Shown here: positions 8,353-17,168 of the stretch, piece by piece | Layout of the letters: each line of letters begins with the position of its first letter | Position numbering within the stretch: the stretch's first letter is position 1 | From: a virus | Lineage: Duplodnaviria > Caudoviricetes | IMG/VR virus record: IMGVR_UViG_3300012942_000065 | Location: 1-47,403 of that record | Reading direction: 5' to 3' (one strand) | Length of the DNA: 47,403 nt | Notes under the pieces: model-generated | Told to the model about the DNA's origin: nothing | What the model saw: the letters and a program-made list of their open reading frames with translations, nothing else | The model's database searches: none | Program-made: the position numbers and the translations under genes

Positions 8353-10548
8353 TCATTTCATCTGTATTACGTAAGTTCCCCCATTGACGGGCGTTCCGAC
8401 GATTTGCCCCTTCCATTGGCCAAACGTCGAATTGTGTTCACCGATGAACAAATCGCCGCCGGAGACGCTTTTGATTGAGAGTTCCGACGCGGGCTTTCCG
8501 CATATTTTGCTGATGTTGAAACCGGCAAACGCAGCGAACCCGGTGCCGCTCGCGTTGATTGTAAAGCGCACGCCGTTGCCGGTTGATACGATATCCGTAA
8601 CCGTCGCGGTGCTTCCCCATCCTGCATCAAGTGTGATCGCCTTAACGTCCTTGTAAACAATATCCGGGTTAGTAACAATGCGGCCGAAGTTCGTTCCAAG
8701 CCGAATTGAGTTGGCGTTAAGCGTGTCGTTGAAAGCGAGCCAATGGTCCGCACTCGGGCAATCGACGTGATTGCCGTCAATGAGCAAATTAAGCTCAAAT
8801 TCACCGTATTGGTCAAACACGGTGATAGCCGTCCGGTCAAGCTCGCCGACCGGCACGCCGCCCATGCCTGTGCTTGAAAAATGGTTGTCAACTGCTTGAT
8901 TGGAAAGCATCGCGGAACCGCTCTCGTTCCACGACAACGACAGGCCGCATTTTCCGGTATACCCAATATGGTTTCTGCCGATGATATTTTGCGAGCAACT
9001 TGTGCCATCAAACGCGGGAGAAATTCCCATGCCAAACGAGACACAGCCTATGACAACGTTGTCAATAAACTTGCCACTTTCGCAACTGATAATCCCCACG
9101 CCATCGCCATTTCCGATGATCGCGGGAACGTTTACAAGATCGACCATCGTTTCGGTGACTTCAAGATGCGTGCTATCGGTGACGGACGCCACGGTATATT
9201 CGCGTCCGCCGTCAACGCACATATGCAGGCCCGGCACCACGAAATCAAACGTGGTGCCGGCCGCTGCTGTCACAGTCGTGCCAGATGTGCTAACCGTCAA
9301 TCCCGTGAGCAAGATACCGTTAAGAATGTTGCCTTGGAATACCGGCTTCACGCATTTGCCGAAGCTCACGCCATACATACCTCCCCCTTCGACCGTGTTG
9401 AAACGCACGCTCGGGAAAACTGCGACGTTGACGAAAATTGCCGTTGAAAAACGATTGTAAACGATGTTTCTTTCGACTGCACAGCCTCGACCCGGCCCCA
9501 TGGCAATGGCGATGCTAGGAGCATTGTTGACGTGGTTGCCGATGACTTCCATGTAATTGGAAACATCAGTGTGAATGAGCGCGCTATTTGCAATGCTTGT
9601 CGGATTGTTGGCGCGGTTGCCGTCAACAATCAATCCTTCAACGCGACTATTATCGGCGTTTGGCCAACCTGAAATCATACGCGAAAGGTCCGCGCCGTCG
9701 CCTTGTTTGATTGTTGTTTTCCTGTCGCCAAGCAGCCAAACATTCGGTCGCATGGTGATAATGTCTTTGATCAGACAAACGCCGCCGCCCGTCACAAGGA
9801 CTGCTTTGCCGCGCAACGCCGCTTCGTTGATTGCAGCATTGATAGCGGCGGCGTCATCCGTAACACCGTCCATTTTCGCACCAAAGTCTTTAATGTGCAG
9901 ACCATCCCGGTTCTTGTCGAGCAAACTACGGACGACCGCGCCAGTGCCTGTTTGTTGGAAGCTAAATCGGCTATCATCGCCAGCCGCAACAGTCCCGGCC
10001 GTGGTGCCGACATCGAGACGCGCGGCACCGCCAAGCCCCAAATTCTCGCGCGCAATAGCGACATTAGCAAGATCAGCCAAGTTCGCGGCGGCAACCATAT
10101 CGCCGGAACCATCGCCAGAAAAGCCGCGTGGACCGCGTTCTCCGGCCATCGTCGCATATACAACAGCATCGCGCCAATGCGCGTTGATACTGCGATACAA
10201 CGGCTGCACAAACGTTTTCGGCGGCAAGGAATACTGCAAGCGGATCGGGATCAATCGGGAAAATTTGCCGCCTGTCGTCTCGATCAAATCGGCGCTGTAT
10301 TCAATGCCGACACGCCAGCCGGCTGTATTCGCTTTGGCGTAAAAAGCTTTGATCGTATCGGGTTGCGCGGGATCGACAGACAAACTGCCATCACCAGTAG
10401 AAAGAACGACCTTTGAAACATTCGTCGGTCCTTCATTGATTGACATCGTAAACGTGCGCCCGGTTAACGGTTCGGGCAAGTCTTGAAAACGAATGGAAAA
10501 ATGAATATCTTCCTCAATCGTGAAGGAAAAGCTGGGAATGTTTGCCAT
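8353..10548 (-). CDS. Tail spike / depolymerase with parallel beta-helix (pectate-lyase-like)
   Basis: N-terminal BppU-like region, GERGPRG, NLADLANVAIARENLGLG, IKDFGAKMDGVTDDAAAINAAI, Asn/Gly-rich beta-helix repeats. Confidence 0.85.
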   Translation of the reverse strand: MANIPSFSFTIEEDIHFSIRFQDLPEPLTGRTFTMSINEGPTNVSKVVLSTGDGSLSVDPAQPDTIKAFYAKANTAGWRVGIEYSADLIETTGGKFSRLIPIRLQYSLPPKTFVQPLYRSINAHWRDAVVYATMAGERGPRGFSGDGSGDMVAAANLADLANVAIARENLGLGGAARLDVGTTAGTVAAGDDSRFSFQQTGTGAVVRSLLDKNRDGLHIKDFGAKMDGVTDDAAAINAAINEAALRGKAVLVTGGGVCLIKDIITMRPNVWLLGDRKTTIKQGDGADLSRMISGWPNADNSRVEGLIVDGNRANNPTSIANSALIHTDVSNYMEVIGNHVNNAPSIAIAMGPGRGCAVERNIVYNRFSTAIFVNVAVFPSVRFNTVEGGGMYGVSFGKCVKPVFQGNILNGILLTGLTVSTSGTTVTAAAGTTFDFVVPGLHMCVDGGREYTVASVTDSTHLEVTETMVDLVNVPAIIGNGDGVGIISCESGKFIDNVVIGCVSFGMGISPAFDGTSCSQNIIGRNHIGYTGKCGLSLSWNESGSAMLSNQAVDNHFSSTGMGGVPVGELDRTAITVFDQYGEFELNLLIDGNHVDCPSADHWLAFNDTLNANSIRLGTNFGRIVTNPDIVYKDVKAITLDAGWGSTATVTDIVSTGNGVRFTINASGTGFAAFAGFNISKICGKPASELSIKSVSGGDLFIGEHNSTFGQWKGQIVGTPVNGGTYVIQMK

Positions 10549-10557
10549 GGTGATTCG

Positions 10558-10616
10558 CCCTATCTCGCCGCAATGAAAATCGCCGGCAAGATAAGGTAAT
10601 CCGGTCAATTTGGCAA
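10558..10616 (-). promoter_or_regulatory. Internal promoter plus RBS-sequestering hairpin for tail spike gene
   Basis: TTGCCA-N17-TATCTT; 13+4 bp hairpin (10558-10596) whose mismatches are G:U pairs only on the minus strand. Confidence 0.55.
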
Positions 10617-10621
10617 ATTTC

Positions 10622-10792
10622 TTAAACGCGGTCTTCCAAATATTCAGTCCATGCTTTCAAGGCTGCAATCACGTCCTTTGACGGCCGATCCGTCAACATC
10701 AATTCAATGGCCGCTTGCAACGCGGTGTCGCTATTCTGGCGATGCATGCCGACGATATACTCGTCAACGGAACGATAAGGCTTTTCGGTCAT
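10622..10792 (-). CDS. Hypothetical protein (56 aa, below ORF-track cutoff)
   Basis: MTEKPYRSVDEYIVG...EDRV; ATGA overlap with upstream stop; AAAGG RBS. Confidence 0.6.
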   Translation of the reverse strand: MTEKPYRSVDEYIVGMHRQNSDTALQAAIELMLTDRPSKDVIAALKAWTEYLEDRV

Positions 10793-11019
10793 TGCGTGCC
10801 TTTCGTCAACTCGCCAAGTGCGGCAAACGCGTCTGCGATCAAATGTCGTCCAGTGACGTGCTTGCCGTAGAAATATATGTCATGCCATTGGCCGGTCACA
10901 ACAAGCATGAACCCGGCATACTCGGCAAGCACGGTTGATGTTTCGTTTATTCGCCAGAAGCAAGGTTTTTCAACGCTTGCCAGTTGATGGCGTTGATTGG
11001 CGGGTTTCGGGTTAGCCAT
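10789..11019 (-). CDS. Hypothetical protein (start uncertain, possibly near 10932)
   Basis: Fills the gap in a tightly packed minus-strand operon. Confidence 0.4.
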   Translation of the reverse strand: MANPKPANQRHQLASVEKPCFWRINETSTVLAEYAGFMLVVTGQWHDIYFYGKHVTGRHLIADAFAALGELTKGTQ

Positions 11020-11198
11020 GCATTCGCCTGTATCAATGCGTCGGCGCGGCTCTCGACCGTTCCAACCGTTTCCGCGTATCCTTCGGCGTCAAACATCATA
11101 AGCACGCCTTCGGACGTGTAGCCGACACGCTTGCCGCCGTCGAAAATGTCGCATTCGTGATCAGCGTCCCGCGCATCGATGATCCGCAATATTGACAT
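10947..11198 (-). CDS. Hypothetical protein
   Basis: Operonic ORF, 83 aa. Confidence 0.65.
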   Translation of the reverse strand: MSILRIIDARDADHECDIFDGGKRVGYTSEGVLMMFDAEGYAETVGTVESRADALIQANAWLTRNPPINAINWQALKNLASGE

Positions 11199-11202
11199 GA
11201 CG

Positions 11203-11634
11203 TCAATCCCATTCGGCTTTACGCAATCGTGTTGATGGCGCTTCGTTCACTAACGCATAATCAACGCAAACTAGTTGTTTGTCAATCCATCCGAAATTTT
11301 CCGGCTTGATGTCAGTCAAGAACGATGGCAATCGCTTCGGTAATTCCGATTTGTCAGCAACTGGCGTTGCGCGATGTTGCAGCAAAATTCGCCCATCCGG
11401 TGAAAGCTGGAAACATGGCGCGAGCCATCGTGCAACCGGCCTGTAATATTGATGATCCGTCCAGAAGCGCATTTCATTGACGTTGGCAAAACATCGCCAA
11501 TCAAGCTCTTGTTCAACCTTAACGACATATTGCGAGGCAATGCGACATTCAAACACTTTGCGGTGAATGCCTTCGCCGATCAGCTTGCCGCATAGCAAGT
11601 TAAACGCATCCTCGAATGTGCGGCCGTCCGTCAT
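11203..11634 (-). CDS. Minimal protein-kinase-like protein (143 aa)
   Basis: GEGIHRKV Gly-loop, VVK, NE, TDIKPENFG catalytic loop, VDYA (DFG equivalent); GGGGAG RBS. Confidence 0.75.
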   Translation of the reverse strand: MTDGRTFEDAFNLLCGKLIGEGIHRKVFECRIASQYVVKVEQELDWRCFANVNEMRFWTDHQYYRPVARWLAPCFQLSPDGRILLQHRATPVADKSELPKRLPSFLTDIKPENFGWIDKQLVCVDYALVNEAPSTRLRKAEWD

Positions 11635-11858
11635 ATGTCTCCCCTGCGTTTCATAGCTTCCGACACGCGGCGGCACTGATCGCAGTTTGCGCCTTGTCGC
11701 ATGTTCGTCGCTAGGACGGCTTGAAATTCATCGCCATTGCGCCCGACAAGCGAGAGAATGCCGTTGCTCGACGCGGTAACGCAACCGGATCGGCCGCATA
11801 ACATGCGACTGTAACCGATTGCGTCCTTGTCACGGATTGCGTGGTAAATTTCACGCAT
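11631..11858 (-). CDS. Hypothetical protein with C-terminal CxxC
   Basis: ATGA overlap with kinase gene; H...C...CDQC. Confidence 0.55.
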   Translation of the reverse strand: MREIYHAIRDKDAIGYSRMLCGRSGCVTASSNGILSLVGRNGDEFQAVLATNMRQGANCDQCRRVSEAMKRRGDI

Positions 11859-11860
11859 GG

Positions 11861-12082
11861 CTAACGCTTCACGCGCGGCGGTGGCGGGAACGGATGGCTT
11901 GGCTCGCGATCTTCCTTCGTCGCTTCTATGCGCGCGGCTACAGCGCCGCAATCCAGAATATGCGACAGGCTGCGAAACATCACTTCGGTTTCACCATTCC
12001 GGCGCTCGCGTTGGATATTCGCGGCAGCCATCGCACCGGACGCCATTGCGTCGAGAATTTCCGCAAGCTGTTTCGGTGTCAT
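11861..12082 (-). CDS. Hypothetical protein
   Basis: GGAG RBS. Confidence 0.6.
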   Translation of the reverse strand: MTPKQLAEILDAMASGAMAAANIQRERRNGETEVMFRSLSHILDCGAVAARIEATKEDREPSHPFPPPPRVKR

Positions 12083-12293
12083 TTAGTTTTCTCCACAAAT
12101 CAGGATGAATGAGAAAAGTTTCGTTTCTCACCATGAACGCAGCGGGTATTTTCGCGATAGGCATCGCGTTACGTCGAAACGCTTCAACAATGTCTGCCAT
12201 GTCGGCAGTTCTTGGTTCTAGCAATTTCGGCTCGGCTGTCGCATGATGCGAAACAATAACGGGGAAGCCGCAATATGTCGCTCTAACGATCAT
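11991..12293 (-). CDS. Possible hypothetical protein
   Basis: Fills a gap but overlaps the downstream gene by ~90 nt. Confidence 0.35.
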   Translation of the reverse strand: MIVRATYCGFPVIVSHHATAEPKLLEPRTADMADIVEAFRRNAMPIAKIPAAFMVRNETFLIHPDLWRKLNDTETACGNSRRNGVRCDGCREYPTRAPEW

Positions 12294-13104
12294 CCCCATC
12301 ACCTTGCAACGTGCCGCGTTCGCCACGACTGCATAATTCTTCGAGATTTTGCAAGGCGACTTCGGACATGGTTGCGCCGATTTCATCGCAGACGGCGGCG
12401 ATGTACCAAAGCACGCCGCCTAGTTCCTTGATGATTTGGGCTTTGCGTTCGAGCGTGAGCGGGCGTGCAACGACCTTGTGCATTGTCTGCTCGTCGTCAT
12501 AAGCATTATCGACAAACTCGATTACACCATCATCGCGAAATGCTTTCTTCACCTTGTTTTGCACTTCGCCAGCTTCGGCCAATCCGAGAGCGGCATACAT
12601 GAGCCCGAACGGCGTTCCCTTGCCGGGATAAATTGCGGATTTGACGGCGATATGCTGATAGCCGATCAATGCATTATTGCCAAATAAATCAAGATTGTTC
12701 TTGAATTCGGCAACGTCCGAAAGCGTAATTCGGTTGATTGGCTTGCTGTTGCTCATATCGTGTTTCTCCGATGTTGGCGTTTGTGTTGCATTCTCGCGCG
12801 GTGCGACGAATTCGCAAAGATCGTGTCGGAAATATTTTCCCGGCATCTTGTCGAATTCCAGACATAGCATGTCGCCCGACTGAATTTCGCGGACGCACGT
12901 AACAACGTCGATCACGCCACGCACGCGGAATTTCGCGCCGACAAAGCCGCGCTTTCGATCCTCAAGCGGACAGCCGAACAAACCGCCGTCATGGCAATAT
13001 GCGCAGCCGCTTCGCGGATAGGTCTTGCCTTCATCGCGCAAGCGGTTGCGGCAGTTGCTAGGGCGTAAGTCAGTCATGGTGTCGCCTGTTTCATACTTCG
13101 CCAT
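12283..13104 (-). CDS. MazG-like nucleotide pyrophosphohydrolase with Cys-rich N-terminal extension (internal start at 12756)
   Basis: YAALGLAEAGEVQNKVKKAFRD...KELGGVLWYIA...NLEELCSRGERGTLQGDGDDR. Confidence 0.8.
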   Translation of the reverse strand: MAKYETGDTMTDLRPSNCRNRLRDEGKTYPRSGCAYCHDGGLFGCPLEDRKRGFVGAKFRVRGVIDVVTCVREIQSGDMLCLEFDKMPGKYFRHDLCEFVAPRENATQTPTSEKHDMSNSKPINRITLSDVAEFKNNLDLFGNNALIGYQHIAVKSAIYPGKGTPFGLMYAALGLAEAGEVQNKVKKAFRDDGVIEFVDNAYDDEQTMHKVVARPLTLERKAQIIKELGGVLWYIAAVCDEIGATMSEVALQNLEELCSRGERGTLQGDGDDR

Positions 13105-13315
13105 TGTCGCGCGCTCCATTCATCACGCTATGCTCATTGTGCGCCAGACCGAGAGGCTTGCAGAGTGTCGCGAGAATGAGCCAATCAAGCTCTTTGAAGC
13201 GATACCATGTTGTTCCGGTGCCGACCGTAACAAGCGCGCTCACGGTGTAGAGCTTGCGCTTGTACGATACGGTGTCGCCAACCTTGGCGAGCGTGCGGTT
13301 ATGCTTTCCCATCAC
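13091..13315 (-). CDS. Hypothetical protein
   Basis: Overlapping start/stop coupling; KVGDTV SH3/KOW-like start. Confidence 0.55.
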   Translation of the reverse strand: MMGKHNRTLAKVGDTVSYKRKLYTVSALVTVGTGTTWYRFKELDWLILATLCKPLGLAHNEHSVMNGARDNGEV

Positions 13316-13545
13316 GCATATTCCCGCAAGAGTTTGAGAAAGCGCAGCATGTCGGCGATGTTACCGGACATTTGTGCCTCGGTGGCGTCGTCAACGTCCT
13401 GTTGAACATATGCTTCAATGAGAAGCGATACGCCATTTGTGCGTCGATAAATCGGCAGCATTTGCGTTGTAACGCGGGTGATTTCCTGTTCAAGCGCGTT
13501 GGCGAGTGCGGTGTCCATGCGCTTACGTGGAATTACGGTTGTCAT
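13312..13545 (-). CDS. Hypothetical protein
   Basis: AAGGA RBS, ATGA coupling. Confidence 0.7.
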   Translation of the reverse strand: MTTVIPRKRMDTALANALEQEITRVTTQMLPIYRRTNGVSLLIEAYVQQDVDDATEAQMSGNIADMLRFLKLLREYA

Positions 13546-13694
13546 TTGCGGTTATCCTTGATTGTATCGATGATTGAGCCGGTCGCGAGGCAAAGAACTA
13601 CCAGAATAACAAATGTTGGCGACCAATCTTCCTCTACAAACGTAAGCACGGCATAAATTGCCGTTGCAATGTACCATCCTCTTGCGGTCATCAT
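13542..13694 (-). CDS. Small two-TM membrane protein (50 aa, not in track)
   Basis: MMTARGWYIATAIYAVLTFVEEDWSPTFVILVVLCLATGSIIDTIKDNRK; AGGGA RBS; ATGA coupling. Confidence 0.6.
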   Translation of the reverse strand: MMTARGWYIATAIYAVLTFVEEDWSPTFVILVVLCLATGSIIDTIKDNRK

Positions 13695-13702
13695 ATCGTT
13701 CC

Positions 13703-13945
13703 CTAGCCTAGCAGGCGATTTTTCCAGCCTTCAACGTCATCGCCCATGGTCGCATAAGTCTCGATCACAGTGAATTCGCCGTTGCGGACGAATGTGAATT
13801 TCAACACGCGGCCGGATTTTTCAATGCCGATCAGAAACGCATTGTCGCGCAGCTTCGCGGCATTTTCGACAACTTCATTCATCGTCTTGTGCAACTCGGC
13901 ATGAGCGGCTTCAAGCGCGGCGAGCTTTTTGCGACTGATAAACAT
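13703..13945 (-). CDS. Hypothetical protein, first gene of leftward operon
   Basis: GAGGT RBS. Confidence 0.7.
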   Translation of the reverse strand: MFISRKKLAALEAAHAELHKTMNEVVENAAKLRDNAFLIGIEKSGRVLKFTFVRNGEFTVIETYATMGDDVEGWKNRLLG

Positions 13946-13974
13946 TTGCAAATACCTCTTGCTTCGATTGTCAA

Positions 13975-14070
13975 AAATCTAGCATGCGTTATTTTTAGCC
14001 GTCAACCGAAAAATGATAAAAAGTGATAAAGAACGATTGACAACTCGGAACCGCGCAAGTTAGCCATAAC
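13975..14070. promoter_or_regulatory. Divergent promoter region
   Basis: Minus TTGACG...CTAGAT near 14005-13976; plus TTGACA at 14037. Confidence 0.5.
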
Positions 14071-14075
14071 GGACG

Positions 14076-14264
14076 ATGGCAAATCACCGCAAAAATCCAA
14101 AAATATTAAATATCAAACAGTTAGCGGAACGGCTTGGGGTGCCGACCGTGACACTACGCTACTGGTTGAAAACCGGGCAATGTCCGGTTGCGCCTATTGA
14201 AGGAATGAAGCCCGCCAAATGGTGGGTTGCCGATGTTGACGCGCATATTGCAGGCAAGAAATAA
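14076..14264 (+). CDS. Small winged-HTH (Xis/AlpA-like) DNA-binding protein
   Basis: LNIKQLAERLGVPTVTLRYWLKTG...WWVADV. Confidence 0.75.
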   Translation: MANHRKNPKILNIKQLAERLGVPTVTLRYWLKTGQCPVAPIEGMKPAKWWVADVDAHIAGKK

Positions 14265-16609
14265 TGCAGGATATGTGGCAAGCAATTGCGTTTATCGACG
14301 CATTGACGCTCGGCAATAGTGCATCCGCTATTGTCAATTGGCGCTGTATTCATGATCAGAATAAAGGAATTCCGGCACATACATTTCGCGGCACGCTTGC
14401 CGAACATTGGCAGACGCTTTGCAGTTACAACGCGGCCGGTTATGGCATTTTTGCCGTTATCTCGGAAATGGATGGCAACGGCAATGAATTAAGCAACGTG
14501 CAAGCGACGCGTGCGCATTACATTGACATGGACAACGTGGTAAGCGCGGCGATGAACCTAGACCGGGCTCGCGCATGGTATCCCGCGCCATCGTTTGCCG
14601 TCCAATCATCGCCGGGTAAATATCACGTTTATTGGCCGGTGACAGCATACCGCGACAATGATCGTTTTCAAGTCGTACAGCGCAAGCTTCGGCAAATGTT
14701 CGACGGCGATAAAGCGGTGAGTGACGCAACACGCGTCATGCGCGTGCCGGGAACGCTGCATTGCAAGGCTGCACCGTCGCTTGTGACATGCTTCGCGTTG
14801 CCCGGTTATGGCTATGTCTCGCCTGTCGAAGCGCTGGAAGCCGCTCTTGCTGGCGTCAACGTCATTGACGGCCACGGCGGCAGACAAGAGCTAGGCGACC
14901 CTTCCCTTGCCGCGCCATCGCTTGGCTGGATACAACACGCGCTCGCGCTGATCGATCCGAACAAGCTTGATCGTGGCGAATGGATATCGATCACAGCGGC
15001 AGTCAAACAAGCCGGCTGGACGCTTGCCGATGAAGCAACGCTTTATGCAGCTTGGGCGGCATGGTGCGCACGCTATGACGCAAATGATGAAGCGGAAAAT
15101 CTGAAACAGTGGAACAGCATCCGCAACACCGAAACAGGTTGGCGAACACTTGTAAACCGTGCGCCCGGCTTGAAAGGTCAACTCACATTCAACGGCGTCG
15201 AGCATCAATTGCCAGAAGGCGCAACGCCACTCGACGGGCAACAGCCCGCACCGATATCGGGCGAAGCGCAGCCGCAACCGTTGCCAATGCCAGCGCCGCC
15301 CGAACTCGATTGTAGCGGCGAAATTCTGACATACATTGAACAGCAACAATGGTTCAAGGGTTGCGTGTATGTCGATTGTATGGGCGAAGTGTTGACGCCG
15401 GCCGGGCGTTTCATGGGTGCCGGGCAATTCAATGGATCATATGGCGGCAAGCAATTTATCATTTCGTCCGAAGGCAAATTGACCGATGAACCGTGGAAAG
15501 CTGCGACACGCTCGACGCTTTGGACGGTGCCGAAGGTCGATCACATTCGGTTTTTGCCGGAAATGAAAACAGGTGAAATCGTCCTTGACGCGCTAGGGCG
15601 TAAAGGCGTGAACACATACATTCCGATCAATATCAACAGCATTCCCGGTGACGTGTTGCCATGGTTGCGTCATATGGAATTGATGTTACCAGTTGAAGGT
15701 GATCGCAAGATATTTTTTGACTATCTCGCGCACAACGTCAAGTTTCCCGGCTTCAAAATTCCATGGGCGCCAATGTTGCAGTCAACCGAAGGCGTTGGCA
15801 AAGGCTTCATCATGGAAGCGATGGAAACTATTTTAGGTGATATGTACGTTTATAGCCCGAAAGCCGAAGAACTAGTTAAAACCGGCTCGACGTTCAATGC
15901 ATGGATGCGCGCTAAACTGATGATCATCGTCAACGAAATCAAAGTTGATGAAAGACGCGAATTGATTGAAATCCTCAAGCCGATGATCACAGATAAACGC
16001 GTTGAAGTTCAAGGCAAGGGCGAAAACCAAGCCATGGAAGATAATTGCGCAAATTGGCTGTTCTTTTCAAACTACAAAGACGCCATTCCTATCAATAAGT
16101 CATCGCGTCGATATGCCATTTTCTATAGCGCAATTCAATCGCCTGATGATTTGCTTATGCGCGGCATGAACGATGCATATTTTACATGGTTGTTCGGTTG
16201 GCTGCGTAGCGGCGGTGCGGCTCATGTCGCGCATTGGTTGCTCACCTATCCAATCGAGCGCGGCAACATTCCGATGCGTGCGCCGGAAACGTCGAGCAAG
16301 CGCGAAGCTGAATTGCTGTCGCGCGGCCCGCTTGAACAATTGGTTGCCGATGCAATTGAAGATGGCGTGAGCGGCTTGCGTGGCGGCTGGATCAGCGTTG
16401 AAGCTGTCTTGCGTCTTGTGCGGACGAAGGGCGGGCGCGTGCCGTCCCATCGCACGATTGCGGCCATTTGCGAGAGCATGGGATACACGCTTGCCGGGCG
16501 TTCCGTGGCACCGATCTTTCAAGAGGATGCGCAAACCCGCTCGACGCTCTATCATCGGCTTCACGGTGCCAATGTGGCAGAATATGCCGCGCTGCAAGGC
16601 TATATGTGA
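14264..16609 (+). CDS. Primase(-polymerase)-helicase: RepB-like primase, PriCT, SF3/DUF5906-like NTPase
   Basis: YIDMD, SSPGKYHVYW, RVMRVPGT; EWISITAAVK; STEGVGKG Walker A, IIVNE, FFSN. Confidence 0.88.
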   Translation: MQDMWQAIAFIDALTLGNSASAIVNWRCIHDQNKGIPAHTFRGTLAEHWQTLCSYNAAGYGIFAVISEMDGNGNELSNVQATRAHYIDMDNVVSAAMNLDRARAWYPAPSFAVQSSPGKYHVYWPVTAYRDNDRFQVVQRKLRQMFDGDKAVSDATRVMRVPGTLHCKAAPSLVTCFALPGYGYVSPVEALEAALAGVNVIDGHGGRQELGDPSLAAPSLGWIQHALALIDPNKLDRGEWISITAAVKQAGWTLADEATLYAAWAAWCARYDANDEAENLKQWNSIRNTETGWRTLVNRAPGLKGQLTFNGVEHQLPEGATPLDGQQPAPISGEAQPQPLPMPAPPELDCSGEILTYIEQQQWFKGCVYVDCMGEVLTPAGRFMGAGQFNGSYGGKQFIISSEGKLTDEPWKAATRSTLWTVPKVDHIRFLPEMKTGEIVLDALGRKGVNTYIPININSIPGDVLPWLRHMELMLPVEGDRKIFFDYLAHNVKFPGFKIPWAPMLQSTEGVGKGFIMEAMETILGDMYVYSPKAEELVKTGSTFNAWMRAKLMIIVNEIKVDERRELIEILKPMITDKRVEVQGKGENQAMEDNCANWLFFSNYKDAIPINKSSRRYAIFYSAIQSPDDLLMRGMNDAYFTWLFGWLRSGGAAHVAHWLLTYPIERGNIPMRAPETSSKREAELLSRGPLEQLVADAIEDGVSGLRGGWISVEAVLRLVRTKGGRVPSHRTIAAICESMGYTLAGRSVAPIFQEDAQTRSTLYHRLHGANVAEYAALQGYM

Positions 16610-16611
16610 CG

Positions 16612-16700
16612 ACGCGACAAAGCCCGGAACGGTTGCGCAATTCACCTATCCGTCTTGCGCGCGACATCAATAGGTTTCAAACCGTTCCGGGCTCTTGCGA
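16612..16700 (-). ncRNA. Putative hairpin sRNA (b)
   Basis: TTGACA-N17-TATGTA at 16731-16703, then 14-bp perfect inverted repeat (16621-34/16680-93) with inner ACCTAT/ATAGGT stem; no ORF with RBS. Confidence 0.45.
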
Positions 16701-16747
16701 CTTACATAGCGGATAGCTTGCGACGTGTCAACGTTGCGCATATCGCA

Positions 16748-16789
16748 CAAAACAAAGCGCCCGGCAGTCGTGAGACATACCGGGCGCTT
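16748..16789 (-). terminator. Intrinsic terminator
   Basis: AAGCGCCCGG...CCGGGCGCTT stem followed on minus strand by TGTTTT. Confidence 0.65.
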
Positions 16790-16925
16790 ATCTGATTTTC
16801 GGACCTATCCGCCGAAGCGGGATCATTGCCGTTTCGCTGCTATGTGACCCGATAACCGCCGCTGCTGATGGCCCGGATCATCAAAGGTTGAAGCGCCAAA
16901 CCAGAAAGACGCCAACGAAGTGATT
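16748..16925 (-). ncRNA. Putative ~175-nt sRNA (a)
   Basis: Promoter-like TTGACA...CATATG at 16957-16930, internal CCGC-UUCG-GCGG hairpin, terminator, no credible ORF. Confidence 0.4.
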
Positions 16926-16964
16926 TGACCATATGGCTAGATTGCGGGGCGTGTCAAGCGACCG

Positions 16965-17168
16965 TTAGAACAAAGTTCCGGCGCGGTCGTTCGGGCTCGG
17001 ATTGTGCGCTTGTGACGGCATGCGGACGATCATACGCGGGAACGCGAAATAACGAACACCGCGTTCATCCTCGATCAGAATTGATCCGTTATCGTAGTTG
17101 TGAACGATGCGGCCGGTTACGTGTGATGGCGATGACCCTTGATATGCGATGACGGTAGCTTGTGACAT
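16965..17168 (-). CDS. Hypothetical protein (SH3-like)
   Basis: MSQATVIAYQG...TGRIVHNYDNGSILIEDERG. Confidence 0.55.
   Translation of the reverse strand: MSQATVIAYQGSSPSHVTGRIVHNYDNGSILIEDERGVRYFAFPRMIVRMPSQAHNPSPNDRAGTLF

Noticed and set aside
7118-14264. HTH genes as a lysogeny switch
   Set aside because: No integrase, ParA/B or CI-type repressor recognised in the window; the missing genome segment leaves some uncertainty.
16800-16890. Hammerhead ribozyme (UUGAUGA...GAAA on minus strand)
   Set aside because: Core is not CUGANGA and the required stem II does not pair.
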